A DNA stretch of 64,000 bases from the NCBI GenBank assembly GCA_963795135.1, contig CAWCGS010000008.1, forward strand, positions 257,794 through 321,793. Reading direction: 5' to 3'. The stretch is from an uncultured Actinomycetota bacterium (GTDB lineage: Bacteria; Actinomycetota; Actinomycetes; Propionibacteriales; Nocardioidaceae). Position 1 is the stretch's first letter; each line of letters begins with the position of its first letter. Below the pieces are notes generated by a model, which saw only the letters and a list, made by a program, of their open reading frames with translations, ran no database searches and was not told the DNA's origin. Positions 28,519 to 38,119 of this stretch are shown piece after piece. The position numbers and the translations under genes are program-made.

Positions 28519-29916
28519 TCAGCGGCCCGCATCCGCGCGTGCGGCCGAGCTGCGGGCGAGGTCGGCCAGCCGGGCCAGCGCCGCCGGGAAGATCTCCGTC
28601 GGCGGGGTGACCAGCCCGGCGCCGACCTGGCCCACGCCGGCCACCTTGCCGGCCATGCCGGTGTTGATCTGGGGCAGGATCCCGGTGCGGCAGACCCGGG
28701 TGACGTCGATGCCGGTCGGGGTGCCCTGGAACTCCAGCACCGGCACCGACCAGCGGGGGTTCTCGCCGAGCGTGATCTCGTGCATGCGGCGGGTCGTGGC
28801 CAGGGCGTCGGGCACCGAGCCACCCACCAGCCGGACGATCGCCGGGGCCGTCGCCATCGCGAAGCCGCCCAGGCCCGCGGTCTCGGTGATCGCGCTGTCG
28901 CCGATGTCGGGGTTGGCGTCGTCGGGTCCGAAGTCACCGAGGTAGAGGCCGTCGGCGACCTGGGCCGGCCCCGTGAACCACTGATCGCCGGTGCCGGCGG
29001 TCTGGATGCCGAAGTCGGTGCCGTTGCGGGCCATGGCCACGACCATCGTGGACCCCTCGGTGCCCCGGGCGGCGTCGAGGGCGAGCTTGCAGGCGGGCAT
29101 GGCGAGGTTGAGGAAGAAGTGGTCGTTGCCGCCGACGAAGCGCAGCACCTCGCTCACGTCCGCCGGGTCGCCGGTGGTGACCAGGGCGGGCGCGAGGTCG
29201 CGCAGCAGCATCAGCGTGCCGGCGCGGTTGCGGTTGTGGGCCTCGTCGCCCATCTGGAGCATCTGGGTCAGGATCCCGGTGACGTCGACCGGCTCCACGG
29301 CCCGGACGGCGCCCCGCAGCAGCGGCCCGAGCACCTCACCCATCCAGCGCAGGCGGGTGAGCACGTCGGGGGAGTAGGCGCCGTAGCGCAGCACCTTGCC
29401 GAGACCCTCGTTGAGGGAGCAGTGGGTACGTCGCCCGGTGGCGCGGTCCTCCAGCACCCACATCCACATGCTGGGCGTGACCACGCCGGCCATCGGCCCG
29501 ACCGTGCGGCGGTGGTGACACGGCTGGAGGCTGACGCCCTCGCCCGACTCGAAGAGGGCGACGGCGTCCTCGGGGTCGCCGACCAGGCCCTCGAGCGCCG
29601 CGCCGGCCATCAGCGCGCCGCGCATCGGCCCCGAGGCCCGCTCCCAGCTGAGCGGGGGGCCCGCGTGGAGGAACTCGCCCTGCTGGAGGCCGAGCACCTC
29701 CGCGGCCGGCGCCACGTCGACCAGGTGGGCGGTGACACCGAGGACGGCGGCGAGCGCGGCGGCGTTCGCCTCCGCCCGGCGCGGGTCGGCCGCCACCGTC
29801 GCCAGGTCGGCCTCGGTGCCGGGCAGGGGCGGGCGCCAGTCGACGCGGGCCACGTCGACGGCCTGGGCCGCGACGGCGTCGCCGAGCAGGTCGGCGCCGG
29901 TGTTGACGATCCTCAT
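28519..29916 (-). CDS. DUF1116 (YlbE/YahG; AllG-like oxamate carbamoyltransferase subunit)
   Basis: LHAGPP, GPMAGV, MGDEAHNRN, MARNG, DIGDSAITE, INTGMA. Confidence 0.9.
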   Translation of the reverse strand: MRIVNTGADLLGDAVAAQAVDVARVDWRPPLPGTEADLATVAADPRRAEANAAALAAVLGVTAHLVDVAPAAEVLGLQQGEFLHAGPPLSWERASGPMRGALMAGAALEGLVGDPEDAVALFESGEGVSLQPCHHRRTVGPMAGVVTPSMWMWVLEDRATGRRTHCSLNEGLGKVLRYGAYSPDVLTRLRWMGEVLGPLLRGAVRAVEPVDVTGILTQMLQMGDEAHNRNRAGTLMLLRDLAPALVTTGDPADVSEVLRFVGGNDHFFLNLAMPACKLALDAARGTEGSTMVVAMARNGTDFGIQTAGTGDQWFTGPAQVADGLYLGDFGPDDANPDIGDSAITETAGLGGFAMATAPAIVRLVGGSVPDALATTRRMHEITLGENPRWSVPVLEFQGTPTGIDVTRVCRTGILPQINTGMAGKVAGVGQVGAGLVTPPTEIFPAALARLADLARSSAARADAGR

Positions 29917-31394
29917 CGCGTGCCCCCGACCCAGCGCAGGGCGTAGCGGGCGGCGGCGGCGTTGGAGAGGTGCACCTGGGCGCCGGTCTCGGCGAGCGCC
30001 TCCCGTTGACGCTGGAGGTCCTGGGGGTCCGCGCGGGTCCCGACCACGACCACCGACACGACCGGGCGCGCGCCGTCGAGCAGCGGGGCGAGCGCGGCCG
30101 CGGGGTCGGCCTCGGCGCCGTGGCCGAGGACCACGTCGAGCAGCACCGACGCCGTCGCCGGGTCGCCGAGCACCTCACCCAGGTGCTCGAGGCGGACCGT
30201 GGGGTCGATCATCGGGTGGGCCCGACCGCGGGTGAGCGTGTCGTCGCCGAAGTCGACCACCGCGTGGCCGGAGCGCAGCGCGTCGGGCGTGCTGCCCACC
30301 TCGCCGAGCTGGTCGGCAGCCAGCTGCCGGGCCTCGCCGGCCAGGGTGCCGCCGACGAAGAGCCCGCGCAGGAAGCCCGAGCGCTCGTCGGTGCGTGGTC
30401 GCCGCGTGCCCAGGAGGGGCCAGTCGGGCACGCCCCAGCCCAGCCGGCGCAGCACGGCCTCGGTGGCGGCGGTCAGGTCGGGGCGCCCGGGGCCCAGCAG
30501 CGCGAGCTCGACCGGGGTGTCCAGGGTGGCGGCGTACGCCTGGACGGCCGTGGCCACCTCGGGTGCGGGCGGCTTCGAGACCAGCACGATCAGCTCCACG
30601 GCGGGGTCGGCGTCGAGCCGACGCAGCGCCTCGCGGGTGGACAGCCCGCCGACCTCCGCCGACAGGTCGCGCCCGCCGACGCCCAGCGCGGCGCTGACGC
30701 CGACGCCCGCGTGGTCGAGGAGGGCCAGCACCTGCTGGCAGCCGGTGCCGGAGGCGGCGACGATGCCGACGGGGCCGGGGGCGACGACGTTGGCGAAGCC
30801 CAGCCCGACGCCGCCGACGATCGCAGTGCCGCAGTCGGGGCCCAGCACCAGCAGCCCGCGCGTCGGCGGCCGCCTGCTTCAGCGCGACCTCCTGGTCGAG
30901 CGGCACGTTGTCGCTGAAGACCATCACGTCGTGACCCGCCTCGACCGCGTCCACGGCCTCGACGAACGCCGAGGCGCCGGGCACGGAGACCAGGACGACG
31001 GTGTCGTCCGGCTCGCCGCGCAGGGCGGCGGCCGTCGTGCGGTGCGGCGCGACCTCGCCGGCCGCGGCCGGACGCCGGCCGGAGCCGGCCAGGGCCGCGG
31101 TGACGCCGGCGAGCGCCGCGGCGTGGTCGCCGTCGGGGCCGAGCCGCAGGGCCACCACGAGGTCGTTGACATCCGTGTCGGCCGGCACCGCGAACCCCAT
31201 GCCGGTGAGCACCTCGACGTTGAGGGCGGTGGCCATGGCCACCTGCGCGGTGACCACGCCCGGCAGCTGCTGGACGGCCCGGCTGACCTGGAGCAGGGTG
31301 ATCGAGTCGGCGTAGGCCCCGCGGCGCAGCTCCACGTGGTCGCGGGCTCCACGTGGTCGACGGTGCCGAGGGGGGCGTCGGGCTGCCCGCTCAT
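29913..31394 (-). CDS. fdrA: FdrA/YahF (AllF-like) acyl-CoA synthetase-fold protein, with frameshifts near 31344 and 30860
   Basis: GAYADSITLLQVS and VMVFSDNV in one frame; GPDCGT, AASGTG, VSKPP and GRAHPMID in another. Confidence 0.85.
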
Positions 31395-32050
31395 GCCGCG
31401 AGCGCCCATCGCGCGCCCTCGAGCAGCCCGGTGCCCGAGGAGCCACCGACCGCGACCAGCGCGTCGGTGGCCGCCGGCTCGTCGGGGGAGCCGAGCGCGG
31501 TCAGCCACGCGGCGTACTCCGGCAGGACCTCGCCGTGCAGGGCGCAGTCGAGCAGCGTGGCAGAGAGCAGCGTGGTGCGGTCGAGCAGCCGGCGCACCTC
31601 GGCGTCGACGGTGGGGGTCGCCCGGCCCGCGGCGCGGTGCGCGGCCAGCCAACCGCAGAGGACGTCGTCGCCGTAGGGCGTCAGTCCGTCGCCGGCCCCG
31701 ACCAGGTCACCCACCGGCGTGCGCAGGGCACCGGTGGCGTCGAGCCCGGCGCCGAGCCGGGGCGCGGTCACGTCGGCGAGCCGGCCCACGACGTACGTCG
31801 TGCCGTCGAGCAGCAGCCGTCCGTCGCGCACCTCCGCACCGACCGGTCGCGGGAGGCTCGGCAGCCGGGTGCGCAGGGCGCACGGCACGGCGCTGGCCCG
31901 CGCCGAGAGGACGCCGAGGCACCGACCGTCGAGGTCGACGTACACCGCGTCCGGTCCGACGTGCACGAGCGGCAGCGGTCCGTCGGGTGCGGCGCGCAGC
32001 CGCTCGGCGACGCGGGCGGGTGCGCTCACGGGGACCGGAGACGGCTGCAC
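31391..32050 (-). CDS. DUF2877 (YlbF/AllH-like) protein
   Basis: GAGDGLTPYGDDVLCG, TTLLS, VGGSSG; ATGA coupling to fdrA; start uncertain. Confidence 0.85.
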   Translation of the reverse strand: MQPSPVPVSAPARVAERLRAAPDGPLPLVHVGPDAVYVDLDGRCLGVLSARASAVPCALRTRLPSLPRPVGAEVRDGRLLLDGTTYVVGRLADVTAPRLGAGLDATGALRTPVGDLVGAGDGLTPYGDDVLCGWLAAHRAAGRATPTVDAEVRRLLDRTTLLSATLLDCALHGEVLPEYAAWLTALGSPDEPAATDALVAVGGSSGTGLLEGARWALAA

Positions 32051-32180
32051 CGGCCCGACGCTACCCCGAGTCGCGCGCCGGGGGTCGCTGCGGCGTTCCT
32101 CCGACACGCCGGGGCCGGGAGGGTGTCTCATGTCCTGCAGGGGGCGGGCTCCACCGCCCCGAGCGTCGGGAGGTTGTGCG

Positions 32181-33614
32181 ATGTCGATGTTCAGCTGGAC
32201 GGTGGTCGACCCGGGTCCGGACGAGGCGGTGGCCCCGCACGAGCGGCTGGCCTGGGGCAAGACCGTGGGGCTCGGGGCGCAGCACGTCGTGGCGATGTTC
32301 GGGGCGACGTTCGTCTTCCCGATCATCATGGGGCTCAACCCCAACCTCGCGATCATGATGAGCGGGATCGCGACCATCTGCTTCCTGCTGATCGTCAAGG
32401 GCAAGGTGCCGAGCTATCTGGGCACCTCCGCGTCCTTCGTCGGCGGCGCGACGGCGATCTACACCTACGAGGGCGCCGGCGGCCCCGGTGGTCCCGCCGA
32501 CGTGACGGGCGCGATCCTGGTCGCCGGCGTCGTGCTCGCCCTGGTGGGCGTGGTCATCCACGTGCTGGGCGCCGACGCCGTCAACGCCGTGCTGCCGCCG
32601 GTCGTGACCGGCGCGGTCGTGATGCTGATCGGCTTCAACCTCGCACCGGTCGCCACCCAGACCTACATGCCCTCCGACCCGTGGGTCGCGATCATCACGA
32701 TGACGCTGGTGATCGTGATGGCGGTCGGGCTGCGCGGGTTCTTCGGCCGGATCGCGATCTTCCTCGGGCTGATCGCCGGCTACGTCGTCTCGGCGCTGGC
32801 CGACGTGATCTTCGGCCAGACCTCGCTGCCGCTGCCCGGCAACCCCGAGCCCGGCCCGCACGACCGGGTCAACTGGGACGCCGTGAGCGGCTCCGACTGG
32901 TTCGGCTTCCCGACGCAGACCCAGGACGGCCTGGTCGGCAACCAGAACGCCAACCCCGACTTCCTGTCGGTCGTGGGCTGGCACCTGCCGTCGTTCTCGA
33001 TCGTCTTCGTGCTGCTGGTGCTGCCGGCGGTGATCGCGCTGGTCGCCGAGAACCTCGGCCACGTCAAGGCCGTCGGTGAGATGACCGGGGTCGACCTCGA
33101 CCCCGTGATGGGGCGCGCGGTCGCCGCCGACGGCGTCGGCACCGTGATCGCCACCTCGGTCGGCGGCTCGCCCACGACGACGTACGCCGAGAACATCGGC
33201 GTCATGGCGGCCACCAAGGTCTACTCGACCGCGGCCTACTACGTCGCGGCGATCGTGGCGATCCTGCTCGGGCTGGTGCCGAAGTTCGGCGCCCTGGTCA
33301 ACGCCACGCCGCCCGCCGTGCTCGGTGGCATCACCTTGGTGCTCTACGGGATGATCGGGCTCCTCGGTGCCAAGATCTGGAAGGAGAACGGGGTGGACTT
33401 CGGCCGACCGATCAACCTCGTCCCGGTCAGCGCCGGCATCATCCTCGCGATCGGCAACGCGTCGTTGGAGGTCACCGACGACTTCGTGCTCAGCGGCATC
33501 GCCCTCGGCACGCTGGTGACGGTGCTCGGCTACCACCTGGCGCGCCTGGTCAGCCGCGGCGGCGACGACGGCACGATGATCGCGGTCGGGCACGAGGGGG
33601 CCCACACCGAGTGA
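32181..33614 (+). CDS. NCS2 nucleobase permease, UraA/RutG-like
   Basis: GGAGG RBS; GAQHVVAMFG; signature TTYAENIGVMAATKVYS. Confidence 0.93.
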   Translation: MSMFSWTVVDPGPDEAVAPHERLAWGKTVGLGAQHVVAMFGATFVFPIIMGLNPNLAIMMSGIATICFLLIVKGKVPSYLGTSASFVGGATAIYTYEGAGGPGGPADVTGAILVAGVVLALVGVVIHVLGADAVNAVLPPVVTGAVVMLIGFNLAPVATQTYMPSDPWVAIITMTLVIVMAVGLRGFFGRIAIFLGLIAGYVVSALADVIFGQTSLPLPGNPEPGPHDRVNWDAVSGSDWFGFPTQTQDGLVGNQNANPDFLSVVGWHLPSFSIVFVLLVLPAVIALVAENLGHVKAVGEMTGVDLDPVMGRAVAADGVGTVIATSVGGSPTTTYAENIGVMAATKVYSTAAYYVAAIVAILLGLVPKFGALVNATPPAVLGGITLVLYGMIGLLGAKIWKENGVDFGRPINLVPVSAGIILAIGNASLEVTDDFVLSGIALGTLVTVLGYHLARLVSRGGDDGTMIAVGHEGAHTE

Positions 33615-34429
33615 AGCCCGCTCCGTTCGCCTACCTGCGGCCGTCCTCGCTCGAGGAGGCGGTCGCGGCCCTGGCCGCGGACCCCGGGGCGAAGGTGCTC
33701 GCCGGAGGGCAGTCGCTGGTGCCGCTGCTGTCGATGCGGCTGGCCGCGCCGTCGCTGCTCGTCGACCTCAACGGCCTGCCCGGGCTGGACGCCGTCTCGG
33801 TCGACGAGTCGGGGGTGCGGGTCGGCGCGCTGGCCCGCCACAGCGACGTGCTCGCGTCGCCCGACGTACGTCGGGTCCAGCCGCTGCTGAGCACGGCGCT
33901 GACCTACGTGGCCCACCCGACGATCCGCAACCGCGGCACCGCTGTCGGGTCGTTGGTGCACGCCGACGCCGCCGCGGAGCTGCCGGTGGTGCTGCGGCTG
34001 CTCGACGGCTCCCTCGACGTGGTCGGGCCCGACGGTGCGCGCACGATCGCGGCGTCCGAGCTCTTCCTCGGACCGCTGGAGACCTCGCTGCGCCACGACG
34101 AGATCGCCACGTCGGCGTGGTTCCCGGCCCTGGCGCCGGGAGCGCGGGTCGGCTTCGCGGAGATCGCGCGACGCCACGGCGACTACGCCCTGGTGGGGGT
34201 CGCGGTGGTCGCCGACGGGGCGTCGGTGCGGGCCGGCTACGTCTCGGTCAGCGACGTCCCGGTCGTCGTCGACCTCACGGGTCTCTCGCCGGAGGAGGCG
34301 GGCGACGTGGCGCTGCGCGAGCTCAGTCCCGCCGACGACGTGCACGCGACCGCCGACTACCGCGCCCACCTCGTGCGCGTGCTGACCGCGCGGGTGCTGC
34401 GCGAGGTGCAGGCGGAGGTGGCGGCATGA
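33611..34429 (+). CDS. Molybdenum hydroxylase FAD subunit (CoxM-like)
   Basis: MKPAPFAY, LAGGQSL, IRNRGT, RRHGDYA. Confidence 0.93.
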   Translation: MKPAPFAYLRPSSLEEAVAALAADPGAKVLAGGQSLVPLLSMRLAAPSLLVDLNGLPGLDAVSVDESGVRVGALARHSDVLASPDVRRVQPLLSTALTYVAHPTIRNRGTAVGSLVHADAAAELPVVLRLLDGSLDVVGPDGARTIAASELFLGPLETSLRHDEIATSAWFPALAPGARVGFAEIARRHGDYALVGVAVVADGASVRAGYVSVSDVPVVVDLTGLSPEEAGDVALRELSPADDVHATADYRAHLVRVLTARVLREVQAEVAA

Positions 34430-34950
34430 CCGAGCCCGCCGAGCAGCTCCACGACGTACGCCTCTCCGTCAACGGGGTCGCCCACGACGTGCGCGTCCCG
34501 GCCCGGCGGCTGCTGTCCGACGCGCTGCGCCACGACCTGGGCCTGACCGGCACCCACGTCGGCTGCGAGCACGGCGTGTGCGGGGCGTGCACGGTGCTGA
34601 TGGACGGCCGGCCGGTGCGGGCCTGCCTGCTGCTCGCGGTCTCGGCAGTGGACGCGGAGATCACCACCGTCGAGGGGCTCGCGCCGTCCGACGGGCCGAT
34701 GAGCCCCGTGCAGCGGGCCTTCGCCGAGTGCCACGCCCTCCAGTGCGGCTTCTGCACGCCCGGCTTCCTGACCACCGTCACCGCCGGCCTGCGCGACAAC
34801 CCCACCCCCAGCCACGACCAGGCGCGGCAGATGATCGCCGGCAACCTGTGCCGGTGCACCGGCTACCAGAACATCGTGGCCGCGGTGGAGCGGGCGGCGG
34901 AGCTCGCCGTGGTCGAGGGGCAGGCTCCGGGCCGGGAGGGGGAGCGGTGA
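34426..34950 (+). CDS. Molybdenum hydroxylase 2x[2Fe-2S] subunit (CoxS-like)
   Basis: GCEHGVCGAC, QCGFCTPG, NLCRCTGY. Confidence 0.95.
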   Translation: MTEPAEQLHDVRLSVNGVAHDVRVPARRLLSDALRHDLGLTGTHVGCEHGVCGACTVLMDGRPVRACLLLAVSAVDAEITTVEGLAPSDGPMSPVQRAFAECHALQCGFCTPGFLTTVTAGLRDNPTPSHDQARQMIAGNLCRCTGYQNIVAAVERAAELAVVEGQAPGREGER

Positions 34951-37361
34951 CCACGCGGCTGATGGGCACCGGCGTCCCGCGGGTGGAGGACGAGCGTTTC
35001 CTGCGGGGGCAGGGGCGCTTCGCCGACGACGTGGCCGTCGGGCCCGCCACGCTGCACGCGGCCGTGCTGCGCTCACCGCACGCGCACGCGCGCATCATCG
35101 ACATCGACGTCGAGGCCGTGCTCGACCTCGACGGCGTCCACCTGGTGTGGACCTACGAGGACCTCGGCGCGCTGTCGGCGCCGATGGCCGACCCGCTGCC
35201 GCTGCTGATCCCGCACCCCGACCTGACCCACGGCCGCACCCAGCACGCGCTGGCCAAGGAGCAGGTCAACCACGTGGGCGAGGCGATCGCCTTCGTCGTC
35301 GCCGACGACCGCTACGTCGCCGAGGACGCCGTCGGCCGGATCCGGGTCACCTACGAGGTGCTGCCGCCGGTGGTCGGCATCCCGGCCGCGCGGGCCGCCG
35401 AGCGGCTGGTGCACGACGACGTGCCCGGCAACGTCGGCGCCGAGATGGTGCAGAGCACCGGGGACGTCGAGGCGGCGCTGGCGGCCTCGCCGCACCGGCT
35501 GGCGCTCGACCTCACCGTGGAGCGCAGTGCGTGCACGCCGCTGGAGGGCCGCGGCACCGTCGCCCGCTGGGATCCCGACTCCGGCCGGCTCCAGGTCTGG
35601 ACGTCGACGCAGACCTCCACCGGCGTCCGCGCCGCCGTGGCCGTCAAGCTCGGCCTCGACCTCGGGCAGGTCGACGTGATCACCCCCGACGTCGGTGGCG
35701 GCTTCGGGGTCAAGATCAACCACCCGTGGCCCGAGGAGCTGCTGGTCCCGCTGGCGGCGCGCGCCCTGGGCCGCACGGTGAAGTTCACCGAGGACCGGCG
35801 CGAGCACTTCGTCTCCACCGCCCACGAGCGAGGGCAGGTGCACCACGTCGAGGTCGGCTTCGACGACGACGGGCGGCTGCTGGGGCTCGACGTGACGTTC
35901 TGGCACGACCACGGCGCCTACACGCCGTACGGCCTGATCGTCCCGATCATCACCTCCACCCAGCTGCTCGGGCCCTACAAGCCGGCCGTCTACCGGGTGC
36001 GGTTCGAGTCGCTCTACACCAACACCGTCATGGTCACGCCCTACCGCGGGGCCGGGCGGCCGCAGGGCTGCTACGTCATGGAGCGCACGATGGACGCGAT
36101 CGCCGCGGCGCTCGGGCGCGACCGCACCGAGGTGCGCGCGGCGAACTTCATCCAGCCCGACGAGTTCCCCTTCGACCAGGGGCTGATCTTCCAGGACGGG
36201 CGCGAGCTCGAGTACGACTCCGGCGACTACCCCGCGATGCTGGAGAAGATCAAGACGCTGGTGGGGTGGGACGAGTTCCCCGCCTTCCGGGCGGAGATGG
36301 CGGCCGAGGGACGCCGGGTCGGGCTCGGGCTGGCCTGCTACGTCGAGGGCACCGGCGTCGGTCCCTACGAGGGCGCCCACGTGCACGTCGAGACCACCGG
36401 CAAGGTCAAGGTCTCGACCGGCCTGACCACCCAGGGGCAGGGACACGAGACCGTCTTCGCCCAGCTGGTCGCCGACGCGCTCGGCTGCCGGTTCGAGGAC
36501 GTCGAGGTGGTCACCGGCGACACCCGCCGGATGCCCTACGCCGTCGGCACCTTCGCCTCGCGGGCGGCGGTGATGAGCGGGTCGGCCGTCCACCTCGCGG
36601 CCCGACGTACTCGCGAGAAGGTGCTGCGGATCGCCGCCGACGCCCTCGAGGCCGCCGAGGACGACCTCGAGATCGTGGACGGCACCGTGCGGGTCAAGGG
36701 CTCGCCGGGCTCGGCGATCGACCTCGGCACCGTGTCGGTGCTCTCCAACCCGCTGCGCTACGCCTTCGACGAGGCCTCCAAGGCCGCCACGCAGTTCTCG
36801 GTGGGCGACCCGGGCAAGCCACCGGTCGCCGAGGACGACGAGCCGGGGCTCGAGGGGCGCGACTTCTACTCGCCCGAGCGGGCCACGTTCGCCTCCGGCA
36901 TGCACGCGGTGATCGTCGAGACCGACCCCGAGACCGCCGAGATCACGGTGCTGAAGTACGCCGTCGTCCACGACTGCGGGCGGCTGATCAACCCGATGAT
37001 CGTGCGCGGGCAGATCCACGGCGGTGTCGCCCAGGGCGTGGCCGGCGCGCTCTACGAGCGGATGGCCTACGACGACGACGGCCAGCTGCTCAACGCCTCG
37101 TTCATGGACTTCCTGATGCCCTACGTGACCGAGGTGCCCGACGGCATCGACATCGACCACCTCGAGACGCCGTCGCCCCTCAACCCACTCGGCATCAAGG
37201 GGGCCGGTGAGGCCGGCGTGATCCCGTCGGCCGCGGTCTTCGCCGCCGCGATCGAGGACGCCGAAGGGCTCCGTCCTGGCGCCCTGGCGATCACGGCGAT
37301 GCCGATCTCGCCGTCCGACCTGTTCCACCTGCGGCTGCAGCACAGCGAGGAGCGCTCATGA
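34947..37361 (+). CDS. Molybdenum hydroxylase large subunit (xanthine oxidase family, CoxL form II-like)
   Basis: RSPHAHA, VGGGFG, PYRGAGRP, GQGHET, GQIHGG, KGAGEAG. Confidence 0.93.
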   Translation: MTTRLMGTGVPRVEDERFLRGQGRFADDVAVGPATLHAAVLRSPHAHARIIDIDVEAVLDLDGVHLVWTYEDLGALSAPMADPLPLLIPHPDLTHGRTQHALAKEQVNHVGEAIAFVVADDRYVAEDAVGRIRVTYEVLPPVVGIPAARAAERLVHDDVPGNVGAEMVQSTGDVEAALAASPHRLALDLTVERSACTPLEGRGTVARWDPDSGRLQVWTSTQTSTGVRAAVAVKLGLDLGQVDVITPDVGGGFGVKINHPWPEELLVPLAARALGRTVKFTEDRREHFVSTAHERGQVHHVEVGFDDDGRLLGLDVTFWHDHGAYTPYGLIVPIITSTQLLGPYKPAVYRVRFESLYTNTVMVTPYRGAGRPQGCYVMERTMDAIAAALGRDRTEVRAANFIQPDEFPFDQGLIFQDGRELEYDSGDYPAMLEKIKTLVGWDEFPAFRAEMAAEGRRVGLGLACYVEGTGVGPYEGAHVHVETTGKVKVSTGLTTQGQGHETVFAQLVADALGCRFEDVEVVTGDTRRMPYAVGTFASRAAVMSGSAVHLAARRTREKVLRIAADALEAAEDDLEIVDGTVRVKGSPGSAIDLGTVSVLSNPLRYAFDEASKAATQFSVGDPGKPPVAEDDEPGLEGRDFYSPERATFASGMHAVIVETDPETAEITVLKYAVVHDCGRLINPMIVRGQIHGGVAQGVAGALYERMAYDDDGQLLNASFMDFLMPYVTEVPDGIDIDHLETPSPLNPLGIKGAGEAGVIPSAAVFAAAIEDAEGLRPGALAITAMPISPSDLFHLRLQHSEERS

Positions 37362-38020
37362 AGATCGTCGACCAGGTCACCGTGCCCGCTCCCCGCGAGC
37401 GGGTGTGGGCCTCGATCCTCGACGGCGGGGTGCTGGTGCGGGCCATCCCGGGCTGCGAGCGGCTGGTCAGCACCGCCGAGCACGAGTACGACATGACCGT
37501 CACCGCCGGCGTCGCCTCGATCCGCGGGACCTACGAGGGCCACTGCCGGCTGAGCGACCTGGTCGACGGCGAGTCGCTGGTGATGTCGCTGACCGGGTCG
37601 GGCGCCCCTGGCACCGTCGACGCCACCGTGCGGGTCCGGCTCAGCGACGACGCCGGCGCGACCACCGTGGCCTACGACGCCGACGCCACCGTGGGCGGCA
37701 TGGTCGGCGGGGTCGGCCAGCGGATGCTGACCTCGGTGTCGCGGCGGATGGCGCGGGAGTTCTTCGACAACCTCGCCGGCCAGATCGCTGCGCCCGCCGC
37801 CTCCTCCGGTCGCGGGTCTGCGGACGCTCCGGTGGGTGCCTCCGCGCCGGACGCCGGGCCCGCAGTCCCCGGGACGGTCTTCGCGCCGCCGCCCGCCCGG
37901 GGCGGGGGAGCGGGGGGTGCGGGCGCGAGCGGCGACTTCGTCCGTGGCATCGCGGTCGGCGCCGGTCTGGTGCTGATCGGGGTGCTCGCCGGCTCCCGCC
38001 TCGGCCGCCGCCGCGGGTGA
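37358..38020 (+). CDS. CoxG-like SRPBCC protein with C-terminal membrane anchor
   Basis: IPGCE, VGGVGQRML, low-complexity linker and TM helix. Confidence 0.88.
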   Translation: MKIVDQVTVPAPRERVWASILDGGVLVRAIPGCERLVSTAEHEYDMTVTAGVASIRGTYEGHCRLSDLVDGESLVMSLTGSGAPGTVDATVRVRLSDDAGATTVAYDADATVGGMVGGVGQRMLTSVSRRMAREFFDNLAGQIAAPAASSGRGSADAPVGASAPDAGPAVPGTVFAPPPARGGGAGGAGASGDFVRGIAVGAGLVLIGVLAGSRLGRRRG

Positions 38021-38119
38021 CCGGTCGGCGGTGGGTGTGCCACCGGATCTGCGGCGTAGGAGGTGGTTGAGCCACCGCCGCACGGGGTCGGCTGCGGCGG
38101 GGTCGGGCATGCTGGCCCC

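Noticed and set aside
33611-38020. Aerobic CO dehydrogenase
   Set aside because: Lacks the AYXCSFR motif and coxDEF; the context indicates heterocycle catabolism
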